From: Lingula anatina
Taxonomy: Eukaryota > Animalia > Brachiopoda
Reading direction: 5' to 3'
NCBI GenBank assembly: GCA_051362555.1
Contig: CM120640.1
Location: 47,346,788-47,410,787, forward strand
Length of the DNA: 64,000 bases
The translations under genes were made by a program, and so were the position numbers. The notes under the pieces were generated by a model. That model worked only from the letters and a program-made list of their open reading frames with translations. It was not told where the DNA came from and searched no databases. Positions 1 to 13,300 of the stretch are shown here, piece after piece; position 1 is the stretch's first letter; the number at the start of each line of letters is the position of its first letter.

Positions 1-2341
1 AAATATTGCCATCGCCGTGTTTATCAATTTTTTGTTGTGTATGTGGGAGTGTCCAGACTCAGACGATGCTGAATACGTTGAAAACTGCATTAAACTCAGA
101 GAACAGAAACCAACAGGTTTGTTTTCAAGGAAATTATACCATACTATATTAAAAATGACCCTTATAATTGGTCAAATTCGATTACACAGTGCAGTAGTGC
201 TTGGCTGGATTTTTTTTTTTAATATTGACTTTTGATCGTGTCACAATTGGAGATTCATTGTAACATAAAAGCAAATGCAGTTAGTCTGGCAATTTTATTA
301 AGGTGGAACGGCAAATGTGTACATCCTATATGGGGATTTACTGAATCCCGACAATCTCAATTTCAAAGTCGGCAAGCTCAAAATTACTTTACAACTGTAG
401 GTCCACAAGCTTTTTCATTAGCAGATGACATATGTCATAAGGTATGATGAGTTGTGTCCTATGAGAACACTTATATTACACTGCCTTTACACAAATATTG
501 CAGCATGCACCGAGAAATCAAAATGAGCAATATGTGGTATCAATTGTTTTTTTTTTTTTTTCATATTTAGATAAAGGGGAGATTTTCTGTATCACTGTTA
601 GTGGCGCATGTACTATTTCATTAACAAGTGTGGCATTATATGCTTTTTAACGAGAAACGTGCACCGTTCTAATCCTTCAACATTATTGAGTCGCTTGTTG
701 TATGACACTTTAGTGAGCATAGTGTAGGTGGAAGTAACATCAACTCTTTTTTTAATAATTATTTAAGACCAAGTTTTTTCTCCAAAGAAATGAATACAAA
801 CCTTGTCAACTAATCAATACTTTTTTTAATTCATTTTTCTTTGAAAGAACTGGAGTGTAATTTTCGGATGGAAGATTTGACAGTGAGAGAGGTGCTTGAC
901 AAATACAGTTATCTCGTACCTCCCGGTATGGTGCAGTGGAACAAGAAAGAGGAGCTCACACCTGTACTTCTTAAGAGTGGATATAACAGTATGTTCTATT
1001 ATATCATTTCACATCCTCTTATATATGAGTACATGTACTTAAAAACATACTGCATTTAATCTGTAGCCTACATACATGCGTAAAAATATTAAGTAAGTCC
1101 ATTGCAGAATTTAGTTAATTTTATTTGTATATCTCACTTCACTAGTTTGTTTACGCCAGATTATCGATAAAAGAAGGCGTTATTAGCCTACAAAATGACT
1201 TCAAATAAAAATCCTCGAGCATACGCCCCAATGGTAACAGACAACACAACGCTGCTAATTTGACTAATAACTTTTTATTGTAAAATATTTTAGTGCCTAT
1301 GTTAGGCCTTGGTCTCGGTGGAACGTCGCAAGAGAATGCAGACAGAGCTATACGACACGCACTTAAAATCGGGTACAGGTAGGCTTAAAAGCAAATATAT
1401 ACGTCATATATATGTCAAAGTTTCCATTTATTACAGATATAAACAAAAGATCTGTGCTGTGCTGGAATAGCCAAGTATTTTTCTTGTAGAGCGATTCCAA
1501 AGATTTGAAGCAAGTAAATTAATGGTACATTATACACACACATAATGCAAACAATTATCACACATCATGTTTTATATTTTTATTTACTATATTTTACAGG
1601 TTATTTGACACAGATCCAGAAGGTGAGAGCGAGGCGGTTCTGGGCTCCATTTTAGCTCAAAATCCCTATCGCAAACGCGAAGAGATTTTTGTGATTGTCA
1701 AAGTTCATCCAAAAGATTTGGGTAAATATGCCACTAAGTCGTCAATCGAAAGATCAATGAAAAGACTGAAGACAGACTACATCGATCTGGTTCTCATTAA
1801 AGCGCCATCTTGTGACACGAGAGGGTTCGAGTGTGAAGCAGACGAGAATCGAGGTACGTGGCAAGAGTCGTGGGAAGCATTAGAAGAACTGAACCGGACT
1901 GGAACTGTCCGTTCTATTGGCGTCAGTAATTTCAAAATATCTCAAATAAAAGAACTACTGAAAAAAGCCAAAGCCCCATTGTCCGTTCTTCAAGCCAGGT
2001 TTGATTTAATGAAGAGAAACACAAAGTTGCGGAAATTTTGCGACAAACATGAAATACGATTTATGGCCCATAGTGTGCTCGGCTTCAAATTGACCGAAGA
2101 TGGGTATTCAGGAGAAAGCCCCCTTTTCAACATCGAAATGGTCAAGACAGCAGCTAGAAAATACCGTACAAGCCCTGCCACAGTTTTATTAAGATACGCA
2201 ATGGATAGAAACGTTACAGTAGTTCCTAAATCCACTAACCCGCTGCATATTTCCTTAAATAAACACGCTTTTTATATAGGTGTTGACAGTGATCCATCAT
2301 ATATGGAAGATATGGAAGAACTCTTTCCTCATGTAAATTAA
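1..2341 (+). CDS. Aldo-keto reductase-fold protein with N-terminal extension (5' end outside window); probable pseudo-enzyme
   Basis: Phase-consistent GT-AG exons <1-116, 848-988, 1294-1378 and 1600-2341 (TAA). The translation has AKR hallmarks: LKSGYNMPMLGLG, ALKIGYRLFDT, REEIFVIVK, SMKRLKTDYIDLVLI, WEALEEL..GTVRSIGVSNF, LLRYAMDRNVTVVPKS. AATAAA signals follow near 2419 and 2504. Confidence 0.88.
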
Positions 2342-2998
2342 AATGATATTTGTAGTGTGTTGAATGTTTCAATTTTCCCTATCAAAAAGGTACCAGTTAA
2401 TAGAATAAGAACTACTTGAATAAATGTACTTTATTGCAATCCCTCTGATCCCTACCTGTACTTGCACTGTCGTTTTGCTAAATTTTGACAGAAATGGAAG
2501 AGAAATAAAGCCCCCTCTTCCTCTCAATGATATATTGTCAACACAAGGAAATTAACTGTCAAAAGAGTCACACAGCGTGTCCGCCACACTCTCGCTCTCA
2601 TTGTACGTGAACACTAATTTACGCAGTGACAATAATCAGTACACGTCTCAAGTAAGAAAGAAACATGTGATTTGGAATGGACGCACTGTCAAATTCCCTC
2701 TAACTCCAGGTCCAATACGTGCTAACTTTCACGTATTCACTGGAACTCAAGTTTTGGCTCATACGTTAATCTTCTAGCCCTACACATTGTGTAGGGGTAA
2801 ACTGTTTTTGTTAAATTCTGGCCTGAGGTATGTCTCTTTTCATTAAGTGAGGATCCTACTCTTCTAGATTTTGTAACTTGTATATGGATCGAAATTGTAC
2901 ATGTAGGTCGCATTTCCTATACTTATACTTATGTGGGCATGTAGGACACGAATATCAGAATAAAATTTATGAATCAGATTGACAGTCTCGAATATTCG

Positions 2999-3040
2999 TT
3001 TTTTTTTTTTTTTTTTTTTTTTTTGGGGGGGGGGGGGGGG
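2999..3040. repeat. Adjacent poly-T and poly-G homopolymer tracts
   Basis: About 26 T followed directly by about 16 G. Confidence 0.95.
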
Positions 3041-3346
3041 CATTGCATAATATAGGGATATTTTGATGATGTTGGGAACGTGCCGTTTACATGTATAAGG
3101 TAACTGAATGCAGTTGATTACCGTATTCCTCCTATATCAAACCCAACACGGGTCGGCACAATATTTGTATAGGCCTATATATCATTGCCTTCTTGACTGG
3201 TAAAATGCAAAATTGTAAAGTAAATAAAGACTGATAATGAAAAATAAAGTAACGAATAAGAATAAAATAAATGCTTAAAATAAAATTATATAGGCCTATA
3301 AAATATAATTATATATAAAAATAAGAAAGTTTGATTTCAAGAATAT

Positions 3347-3389
3347 TAGTAGTAGTAGTTGTAGTAGTAGTAGCAGCAGCAGCAACAGC

Positions 3390-3457
<68 letters not shown>
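3347..3457. repeat. Compound trinucleotide microsatellite (TAG)n-(CAG)n-(AAT)n
   Basis: Directly visible; the AAT run is over 20 units. Confidence 0.95.
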
Positions 3458-3459
<2 letters not shown>

Positions 3460-3479
3460 TTCATTTATGTGCTATGATA

Positions 3480-4100
3480 GTACCCTAGGTTCTAGATTCC
3501 GGTATTGTCAGCTCGATCTTGATTTCATATATAACCCATATCAACAATACGTAAAAGCGACTCCACCACGAGGTATATTTAGCAAGCTAGCTTTTACGTT
3601 TCTCTGACACTCAGGGTATATGATAGGAGCCTATACTAACTTTATTAATTTGTTTGACCTTGTGTGACGGAGCACTCAAAATTCCATGCATGATTAAGAA
3701 CTCGGAAAGAGAGACTGGAAAATTGAGTAAAAAAATAAAATTGCATTGTAAAGTACGTGTTTTAGCTCACGTTTTCCGTTTTGCAAGTATATAATAAAAG
3801 TCTTTTGAAGTTCGCCGCGAGGAGCGCCTGTCCTGGTTAATGTTCTTAGACTTTAGTAGCGATGCATAGTATGTTGCCATTTTACAGGTAAAGAAAGGAG
3901 GTATCGGAGCACTGACTTCGGTGTTTCGCCAGAATTACTTCCAGATGTACCTCTAGATGTTTTAGCGCCCAGGCAGGCCGTGCTTTAGGTGAAAGCTAAA
4001 TTTTGGTTGACTCGGTGATTTTACTTGTAAAGAGGAAAGCATGCCGTCCATCACAAAACCATTAAAAGCGAAAGTTGTTTTAAAGACCCGTCGTTATTGT
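3480..4100 (+). promoter_or_regulatory. CpG-retaining putative TTC37 promoter / 5' UTR region
   Basis: Many CpGs (e.g. ttcgccgcgaggagcgcc) just upstream of the CpG-depleted TTC37 body. There is a YY1-like GCCATTTT near 3877 and a possible donor CAG|GTAAAG near 3887. Confidence 0.45.
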
Positions 4101-4353
4101 TACTTAATATTTCTTTATAAAAATTAATAGATTGTCAACAAAGGTACTATAATCTACATGCATAAAATTGACTTCAATTTGTAGAATGATAACAGTGCTT
4201 GCATTGACTAACCCACATGTATTGCATTTTGAAAAATGAAGACAAACTTAGCCATTCAAGATGTGGTACGTATTACATGTAAGATCTCATATATTTAAGT
4301 GCAGTGCTAGAGCAGAAGGGAAACTAGGAAAACTACAGTTTCATCTCACTAGC

Positions 4354-7300
4354 ATGGATGCAAAGGAGCTCAAGCAAACATTGAAAAATGCCAGAGAGGC
4401 TATCCGCAACAAGGACTACAAAGAAGCCCTCAAACATTGCAAGGTGAAGTTGGTTTTTAAAAGTTATTATTTCTTTTTTTAGTAAAATTTCCAATACATG
4501 TACTGATTGGAAAAGGTTAAAAATACTGGTTAAGCAGGCAAATGCTAGCTGGCTTTTCTTTATTCACATATTTGAGATAGACCAGTAAGAAACAAGAAAA
4601 CTGAAAAGTTACAAATGCATCATGACCTACTGAGGAAGACTACTCTTTTAAGAAGAACTGCCTTCATTTGATCTACGGTAGGTAATTGTATTGCATTAAG
4701 TTAAACTGCTCTTTGTACACAACATAGGCCATCCTGAAAGTAGACAAGACCAATTACAATGCCCTAGTGTTTGTGGGGGTGGCAGCAGAGGGACTAGAGC
4801 AGCCAGAACAAGCTCTGTCTGCATATAAGAAGGCCACAGATAGTGCTCCGGATCAGCTCCTAGCATGGCAGGTGAGTAAGACAGTTCTTGTTGTTAAGAT
4901 CTAAATTTGCCACTCCCATGTTTTTGCCACACGCAAAGTATGCACTTGTGATGGCTTTCTGCAATACCACCTTTTTTCACTTATATTCTGATATTGTCTT
5001 TTACAGTTATTTTACTCTTTGAATGGTTTGCCCTTTAGTCATCAATTTTTTACAATAACTTCTATTCAACTGATGAAAAATATTAAAATACTGTTGGAAA
5101 TATGTATGTTGATTGTGAAAGTCAAATTCAAGTCTTCATAGGTCCCCAATCCTGTCAAAAAAAAAAAGGCCAAGCTATGCAGAAAGAAATCAGTATACAT
5201 GTATTATATTTCAGGGACTTTGTAATTTCTATGAAAAAAATGACAAGGCAGAATACAAAGATGATATGCTTCAAGTTTATGAGAAATTAATGGCTTTATA
5301 TGAGAGGTATGGTTTGTTTACAAAGTGAATGAAAGAAGTTTTCTTAATGTTCTGATACAAATAAAGTTAAATTTTGTGTATTTGTGTTAAAATAGGATTA
5401 TTGATATTTATAAATTAAAATATTGATATGTGCCATGAAAGTCATAATCATATATCAGTGGGTCATATGGTAGCAGTTTATCTAACCTCAACACTGCAAC
5501 ACAAATAAGAGACATTACTTTTACTATTCTTAATTCAACACTGCAACTTATCCTGTTTGTTTTCTTTGTACTTAGTGATTTTGAAAAGAAGTTCGAAACT
5601 GGATACAAATTGTGTGATGTGTATGATGGGAGAGGTGACTTTCTCAAGGTAATTGATTTTCAGATAAAATAATGTTGATATATATATATATATTAGCACA
5701 GTTATGGTATTGTAGATACACCTAATTTTGTCTGTTTAACTGTGTACTGTTAGAAGTTTAGATCTCATTTAGTCACTTTTTATTTTATGATTTTGTGTTA
5801 TTGTGGAAATTACTGAATATCTTTGTTTATTTTAGAAGAAAAATGAACTGCTTTTGTTCTACTGACATTCCAAGGCTTCATGTAGGGTGATGATGTTGGT
5901 CTAATTCCTAAAGTCTAAACATTACATTCAATGTATGTAGTTTCAGATTTCCCTGGAAACTCTTCTCTCTACTATCAGTATGCCTTTGCTGTGGTCTTCT
6001 TATATACAAAGACCATGAAAAATATCCACACACCTCTGAAACTCAGGTTTCTGGGTGAGAAAAGCCCAGTATTAATATATCTCCTCATCTATAATTTGGT
6101 GTGAATTAATGTGATTGTGATACATTTATTGCAGGCAGTTGAAATAGGACAGAGCCTATTGAAATGGTGCCAGGAAGACGGTAGAAAAACTCTTAATGTC
6201 TACAAAAAACTGGTCAAGATTTTAGAATTGAAGAAGAATTTGCCAGATGATTTGTTTGAGTTGGTGAGTATTATGTAAAAAAAATTAAAGGAATTTTTCC
6301 TTTTGAAAAATTGTCAATGGATGTCATAGTGCATGAAAATATTTTTAATTTTGGTAAAGAATAATTGGTGTGATGTATAAAAAACAACAAATACGTAATA
6401 TATATCATGATCTATTTTAGCTGCATGTTGCTTGTGAAAAAATTGTCCATTCACCACCAGATGGAAGTGAGAAAGATTTGGAGTCCATATGGAAAATCTA
6501 CATTAATGGGCTTATACAAGTATGTGCAAGAATTGTGATATATACTATTTCCTAATCAGAATGAATAGATAAGCCTGTGGAAGTAATACTATGTACTTTG
6601 AGATAATTTTGTATTCTCAATAAAATTTACATTGAAATAACTACTTGAAATAACTACTTGATTGTTGTTAATGTAGTGAAAATAGATCGCAGTAACTACG
6701 TATGTAGTACATCCACCTAGACTTCCTCTGCAAGGTTTGCACTGTATTTATTTGGTTTGCACTGTATTTATTTTGATATGAATCTGGTTTCAGAAAACTT
6801 CAGAGAGTGCAATTGTGATAGAGAAGTGCAAAGCCATGGCAAAACTATTTCCAAAGTCTGCATTTCCTTTAGAAGTACAGTGCCAGATTATGATGAATAG
6901 CTTTTCAGGTGTTTGTTGACTTTTTATTAGGCGTGGTGTCTGTAATCTTTTTGTATAAAGACACTATATGCTTCATGTACCAAATATTTAATTTGAATGG
7001 TACAAACAACACTTATTAGGTACACTTGGAAAAAAGAGGTGAAGTCATTCTCTGTATACTATAATTTTCATTTTTAATGATATCATAATAGTGTAAGAGG
7101 ATTCAACTTGTATTCACAATTACATTTATAGCTGAATTTGATGTGAAGGACATTTGTGACATCAGCATGAAGTTGGAGGAACTGTCAGGTTCAACACCGA
7201 TGGCAATCCTTGCAAGAGGATGGACTTCTTATTACAGCAGCGATTTTAAAGAAGCAAGGGCTCTTCTACTGGAGGGTAGGTATAATTCTTTGTGTTTGTT

Positions 7301-10300
7301 TGCGCAGGTCATTTCAAAAGAAGGATTGGTTTTCAAATTGTAGATTTATTGGAGTTTAATAATCTTGTTTTGAATGACAACTGGCAAAATTACATAATGC
7401 TGTTCTATTGATATGGTAAATCTCTTATTCAGGTGTAGGTATGGGCAGTCAGAGTATCCCATCAGGGGCATGGTTACTGTTAGCTAGGTCCCAGCTAAAA
7501 CTGCATGATAACATGGGTGTGGTGGAAACAAGTGAGAGAGGTAACAACACCCAGATTTGTGTACATGTTTTTATGTACAGACACAGATGTGTCTGTACAT
7601 ATAGCCGTCACCTGCGTCTGTCGTCGCCGTTGCCGTTGCCGTTGGCGTGCACTTATACCGATAACACGATAAGTGGAAAACCATTTCACCTTTTGGCTTG
7701 AAACTTACAGAAGTGATGAATGTTCATAATACGCAGGTCAAGTTCGTAAATCAGCATGATTGGGTCATTTTTAGGGAATTTATGCTGTTTTTTCACTTTT
7801 TTCAGCATATATGCAGCACCGATAACACGATAAGTGGAAAAGCATTTTACCTTTTGGCTTGAAACTTACAAAACTGATGAATATTCATAATACGCAGGTC
7901 AAGTTCGAAAATCAGCATGATCGGGCCATTTTTAGGGAAGTTATGCTGTTTTTTCACTTTTTTCAACATATATGCAACACTGATAACACAATAGAAGAAA
8001 AACAGATTGGCCAATTGTCATTATACTCACAGGAGTGGTCAATCTTACTAAAACACAGGTTTAGTTTGAAAATCAGCATAATCGTGCCATTATTTTAGAA
8101 GTTATACTGTTTTTTCACTTTTCCTCAGATTCATTTCTTAGGCATGTTAACAGTCTCATTATTGAACTAACAAGATACGTAAAAGTGTTTGTGTGATATT
8201 TCCTGCATCTTTACAACATTGTTAGTTGATTATGTAAAAATGATGGTAAACTTGTTATTATGTATTGCGTAATAAAGTGTTAAAAATGGAAATAAACTCA
8301 TATCATTGCAGTTTGTCAGATTCAATCATCCACTATGTTCAGAATCTCAGAATGGAGGAAATTGGACATTTAACACTGTTCTATTGATACTTTTTCCATC
8401 TCATCAATTTTCTTACAGTAGTTGGTCATATAAAAATGGCAGTAAAATGTTTATTTTGTTTTATGTTAAAAAAGTGTTAAAAATGGAAATAAACCCATTT
8501 CAGAACAGTGCTGTCTTGTTTACATTTTGGCATTTTCAAGATGTGACTTTGAAGTTCCATGGGCCTGAAGACCTTTGCTAGTCACATTTTCTGAATATCT
8601 GTGATAATAATATTTTATAATTAAAAATTGATGGTCATTATGCTGTTAAACATTATGTAATATTGCATCAAAATTTGAAGAAACCCCTATTTTGGGCACT
8701 GCTCCCATGATGACCATTTAAGGAAAATCATGTCACTAACTGTTCTCAAACTTACAGGAAAGAAACATGGGACTAAAATACAGCTTCAGTAGGCAATGCA
8801 GTCTGTTTGGTATTTTTTCTGGCAGTTAAACAGTTTTTTGTGAAAATTTAATTTTCCACATTTGGCATTTTCAAGTTGTGACTTTGAAGTTCCATGATCC
8901 TGAAGACCTTTGCTTGTCACATTTTCTGAATGTCCATGTTACTAATATTATATTAATAACATTTGATGGACATTATGCTGTTAAACATTATGTAATATTG
9001 CATTTATTGCTGTAAATTTGAAGAAACCCCTATTTTGGGCACTGCTCCCATGATGACCATTTAAGGAAAATCATGTCACTTACTGTTCTCAAACTTACAG
9101 GAAAGAAACTAAAATACAGCTTCTGTAGGCAATGCAGTCTGTTTGGTAAATTTTTCTGGCAATTAAACTGTTTTTTTGTGAAAATTTTATTTTTCACTTA
9201 TTGGCATTTTCAAGGTGTGACTTAGAACCTCCATGGGCTTGAAGACCCATGCTAGTCACATTTTCTGAAAATCCATGATACATATATTTTATTATTAAAA
9301 AATTGATGGTCATTATGCTGTTAAGCATTATGTAATATTGCATCAAAATAGAAGAAAACACAATTTTTGGTGCTGCTGCCATGATGACCATTATGGGAAA
9401 ACCATGTTACTGTCAAACTTTCAAAAAACAAACACAGGACTAAAATGCAGCCTGAGTTGGAAAAGCAAATTATTCTGTAATTTTTTATGAAATGTTACAT
9501 CAAAATTGACAAATATCTTTTTGCACTGCTACTGCAAACATTATGAAAAGAAAACTTTTTATTATTATTAACTTATGAGTATGATTTTTAGGATTGGCAG
9601 GCAGTTCAAATTAGAAAGCCAGGTCAATTGGGTTATCATTTATTATTGAATTTTATGCAATTTTGTGTGAAATTTTTATTTTTCTCATTCTGGCACTTTC
9701 TAAGTATAAACTTGAACTTTGATGGGCCTGAAGCCTTATGCTTTTTACCTTCGTCTATTTCCACATAAGCAGTTGTATTGTTTTTTATGTCTTTAAACAT
9801 TATGTTACTTATGTAATATTATTTTATGCACTGTCATCATTTTACAAATATTGAGACTTTCATCATGTGAATTTGAACTCTCATGGTCCTGAAACTGTAA
9901 TCTTATTGAAGGGGTGGATTGAGACCATCTTCTGGGTCTTCTGGAAGACAGGTTATTAAGTTTATATTGACTGGTATCTATTTTTTTCTGTTGGAAGACC
10001 ATCAAAATGGAGGATGGATCAAAATAGATACTTTGGAATACTGTCAGAAAATATCTCAGGGTCCGCTCCTGTTATTGACCATGTTACCTGTTGTGCATGA
10101 TTAAAATTCAGTGTTGACAGACAGTGCTATTTTAAGCATTATTTATTATTGCATCAAAATTGACAAAATGACCTTTTTTGCATCTTTATTTTCTGTTTTT
10201 TGTCTGTACATTTGACAGCTTTGCTGCCTTGTTTTCTTTTCTCTTTACACAGTACTTATTGCATTGTGATTCTTTATAGAAACAGTATCTTTTTCTCTTA

Positions 10301-13300
10301 ATGAACACAATTTTATCAGTTGATTTTGAGTGAAAGTCAATATACTAACCCTAAAATTGCTCCTACTGTATGTACCAAGGATGACATGTTTTCTATGTTC
10401 ATTGCAACATACTACTTCTCTCAACTCCCCATGACACCATTAACATTCAACATGCTGTCAAATGTTAATGCCTTGTATCTGTTTCAGCCAAGAAAATTCT
10501 TAAAAAAGAAGCAACAAATAAACATGCTGCATTGATTAGAGAAATTTTACTCTGCCAGGCAGCAGCATTACTGGAACTAGGCAAGGATACTCATTTAGTG
10601 CAGGCCAAGGAGTTGGTACAAGAGGTATTTGGATCAGATTTTATTTGTCTTGTTTGATGTTTGTTGAAAAATTCTACTGTTATGACATACATATTATATA
10701 CATGTAATATTAACAACATTAAAAAAATTAACAGAAGACCAGTTGCAGAACTGGATTAACTCCTGGGATTTTGTGCAAATAATCTTTTGGTATTGCATTT
10801 TCTGATACACATACGAGTACCTTATTCAAAATTCCTGCGTTTTGGACCTTAAAGTTTTTATGATTGCCTGAAAACTATATATAAAGCTGATCAAATTGTC
10901 ACCATTTTACATGACCAGGTCATATCCAAAGATTCTACCTGTACCACAGCTAAGGAGCTCCTTTGTTATATTGTACTGGCAGAGGGAGATTTGGATCAAG
11001 CACAAAAGGTACAAGTGATCATTATTATGAATGATTTAAATGTCATATCTGTTCTCCTATTAAAAAACAATATTTAAACTTGGAAAATTTAGTAAAGTTT
11101 TACATTCTAATAATTCATCAGCAATGGTATAAATTAATCATCAAGATCAAGGTTATTATAACTAGCAGGATAGAAGTTGTCAACTGATGTCTTTACTGCA
11201 GTATTTGTTACATTTCCAATTTTGTTTTTCAGCTGTGTATGGGGTTTTCTGATTCCTCCAGTGCCTGCATGTTGGCTCTAGAAGGATGGTGTCTGTTTGT
11301 TGCTGGTCAGCTGGAGGAAGCCAATACTAAGTTAGTATTGCAGATCCATGTGCACTGTCTTCTATTGGCAAGCATTAGAAAGATGTTATGTTTAAATGTT
11401 GAATTATGATTAGTTTGGAAATATAAATTTTGATATTGTGATGTGGTCTGTAGACAGAATGATTTCAGTTTTCAAATTGCCAAGGTATATTCTCTTTATT
11501 TTTATGATCTTTGGAAACCTAGAAATTAAAGGCAATTTATTGTCACATTATTTCATATTGTTTCCTATAGAAATGAGATAAGAAACAGAGTTTCAACAAT
11601 AAGCTTTTTTTATGAAAAAGAAAACTACCAATATCTTCAAACATTTCAGATTGACTAAAGCAGTGGAACTTTCAGCTGGGGAGGATGGCAAAATTCTGTA
11701 CCAGCTGGCTAGAGTCCAGTGGAAGCAGGGGACCTGCCACAAGGAGGCACTGACTAACTTCCTCAAGGCAAGATGCTCCTTTTCTTACATATTTGAATAT
11801 GATAATAATAATATTGAACATTGATTTAAGATCACTAAAAATTTGTTAGTTAAATTTAAGGTAAGTCTTGTACCATTTACTGGTTACCATCTTACAAATT
11901 CTATTTTGATTAAGTTACAGAATTTTCCTTCCAGGCAGCAAAAGTAGACCCTTACTACAGTCAGCCATTTTTATACCTAGGGCATCACTATGCACAGGCG
12001 GGAGATCAAGTGTTAGTTATTGTTTACATTATCTAGTCTTTGAAACAACATACTTATCTTTCTGGAGTAAAAAATATTTACATGTGAAATATTCATGAAA
12101 TTTTAGTTCAGTGCTGTCAGTATATATATCTTTGAATAATTTGTCAGTAATATTTGGTAATATTTGTTTGCTTTACTGTAACTGGCTGTAACTGGCTATA
12201 TAGAAGATTTAATTATATACTCATTTTGCAGAAAAGCCAGACGTTGCTATCAGAAATCATTTGACCTTGACAGCAACAATGACGAAGCTGGGGCTGCTTT
12301 TGTTGACATTTTGAATTCTCTTGGAGAAGAGGTAGGCTCTGTTGAACATGTATTGATTTAAAGTTGATGTTTTCAGTATAGAATGTAACTATCAAAATAT
12401 CATTGTGAGAATATTAATTATTTGAACCTCTTTTGTAAACTTAATATAGTTTACTTGTCCAGAGTTTTATCTGCAGGTTTTTAAAACAAAACATGATAGA
12501 TTACTCCAGCAGAGATCAAGTTCTAGGATGGGTTTCAAGCAGGTGACTTTGAACCTGTACCTGTGTGGAAATTGAGTTTTAGCTGAAAGATTAACATATT
12601 CTTTAAATAGGATTCTGTTTTTAATGCTTCAGGATGGTGCTCTGGCTGTATTATCAAGAGTGACAGCAGCAGCCAGTGCTGGCAGTGTAAAGTGGGCCTG
12701 GATGAGATTAGGCTTGCACCAACTGAAACACATGGAACCCACAGCTGCCATAGCCTCATTTCAGTGTGCACTCAGAGCAGATTCTAATGATAGGTAAAGA
12801 TATATGTTCATGATTTCAGACAATATAGACAATTTTATGTATATTCTTTGAAAAGATGTATGTATAAAAAGTATGGTCTGTGATGTAAAAAAAAGAAAAA
12901 AACTTTTGGGATATATGGATTTTTATTTTCTTTTTAGACATTGTTGGGAGTGTCTTGCAGAGGCTTATGCCACCAGAGGGAGCTATACAGCAGCGCTAAA
13001 GGCATTCACAAAGGTTGCTGAGGTATGCAATTCCAAATTCTACTAGCACATATTTGAAAATGATAAACTATTTCAACAGATCCCAAAGACATTGGATTCT
13101 TTCATTTGACTACTTGCAATTATGTTCATTTTGTTTCAGATGTCAGAGGACAACATGTACGGTCTATACCAGTAAGTATCCACATTACTTGTGCAAGACA
13201 TTTGAAGGTTCCTCTTTTACATTGTTGGAAATTAACACAGGTATTTGAATATAGAAATCATGGTGTCATATTTAAATTTTAATAAAAACGTGAAAAATAT

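Noticed and set aside
3900-4020. Hairpin-like GC-rich stretch as a structured ncRNA
   Set aside because: The stems are short and G-U-rich with no recognisable family motif; promoter or UTR sequence explains it better.
6632-6773. Short direct duplications (TTGAAATAACTAC x2; GGTTTGCACTGTATTTATTT x2)
   Set aside because: Ordinary slippage duplications in an intron.
7875-7925. CTGATGA...GAAA in the 161-bp HINE unit suggesting a tandem hammerhead ribozyme
   Set aside because: Stem II lacks the closing pair next to the core, stem III is out of register by one A, and stem I cannot form.
7441-8581. ORFs running into or within HINE copy 1, and equivalents at 54362-54663
   Set aside because: They are exon read-through or chance frames with no Rep/helicase or transposase motifs.
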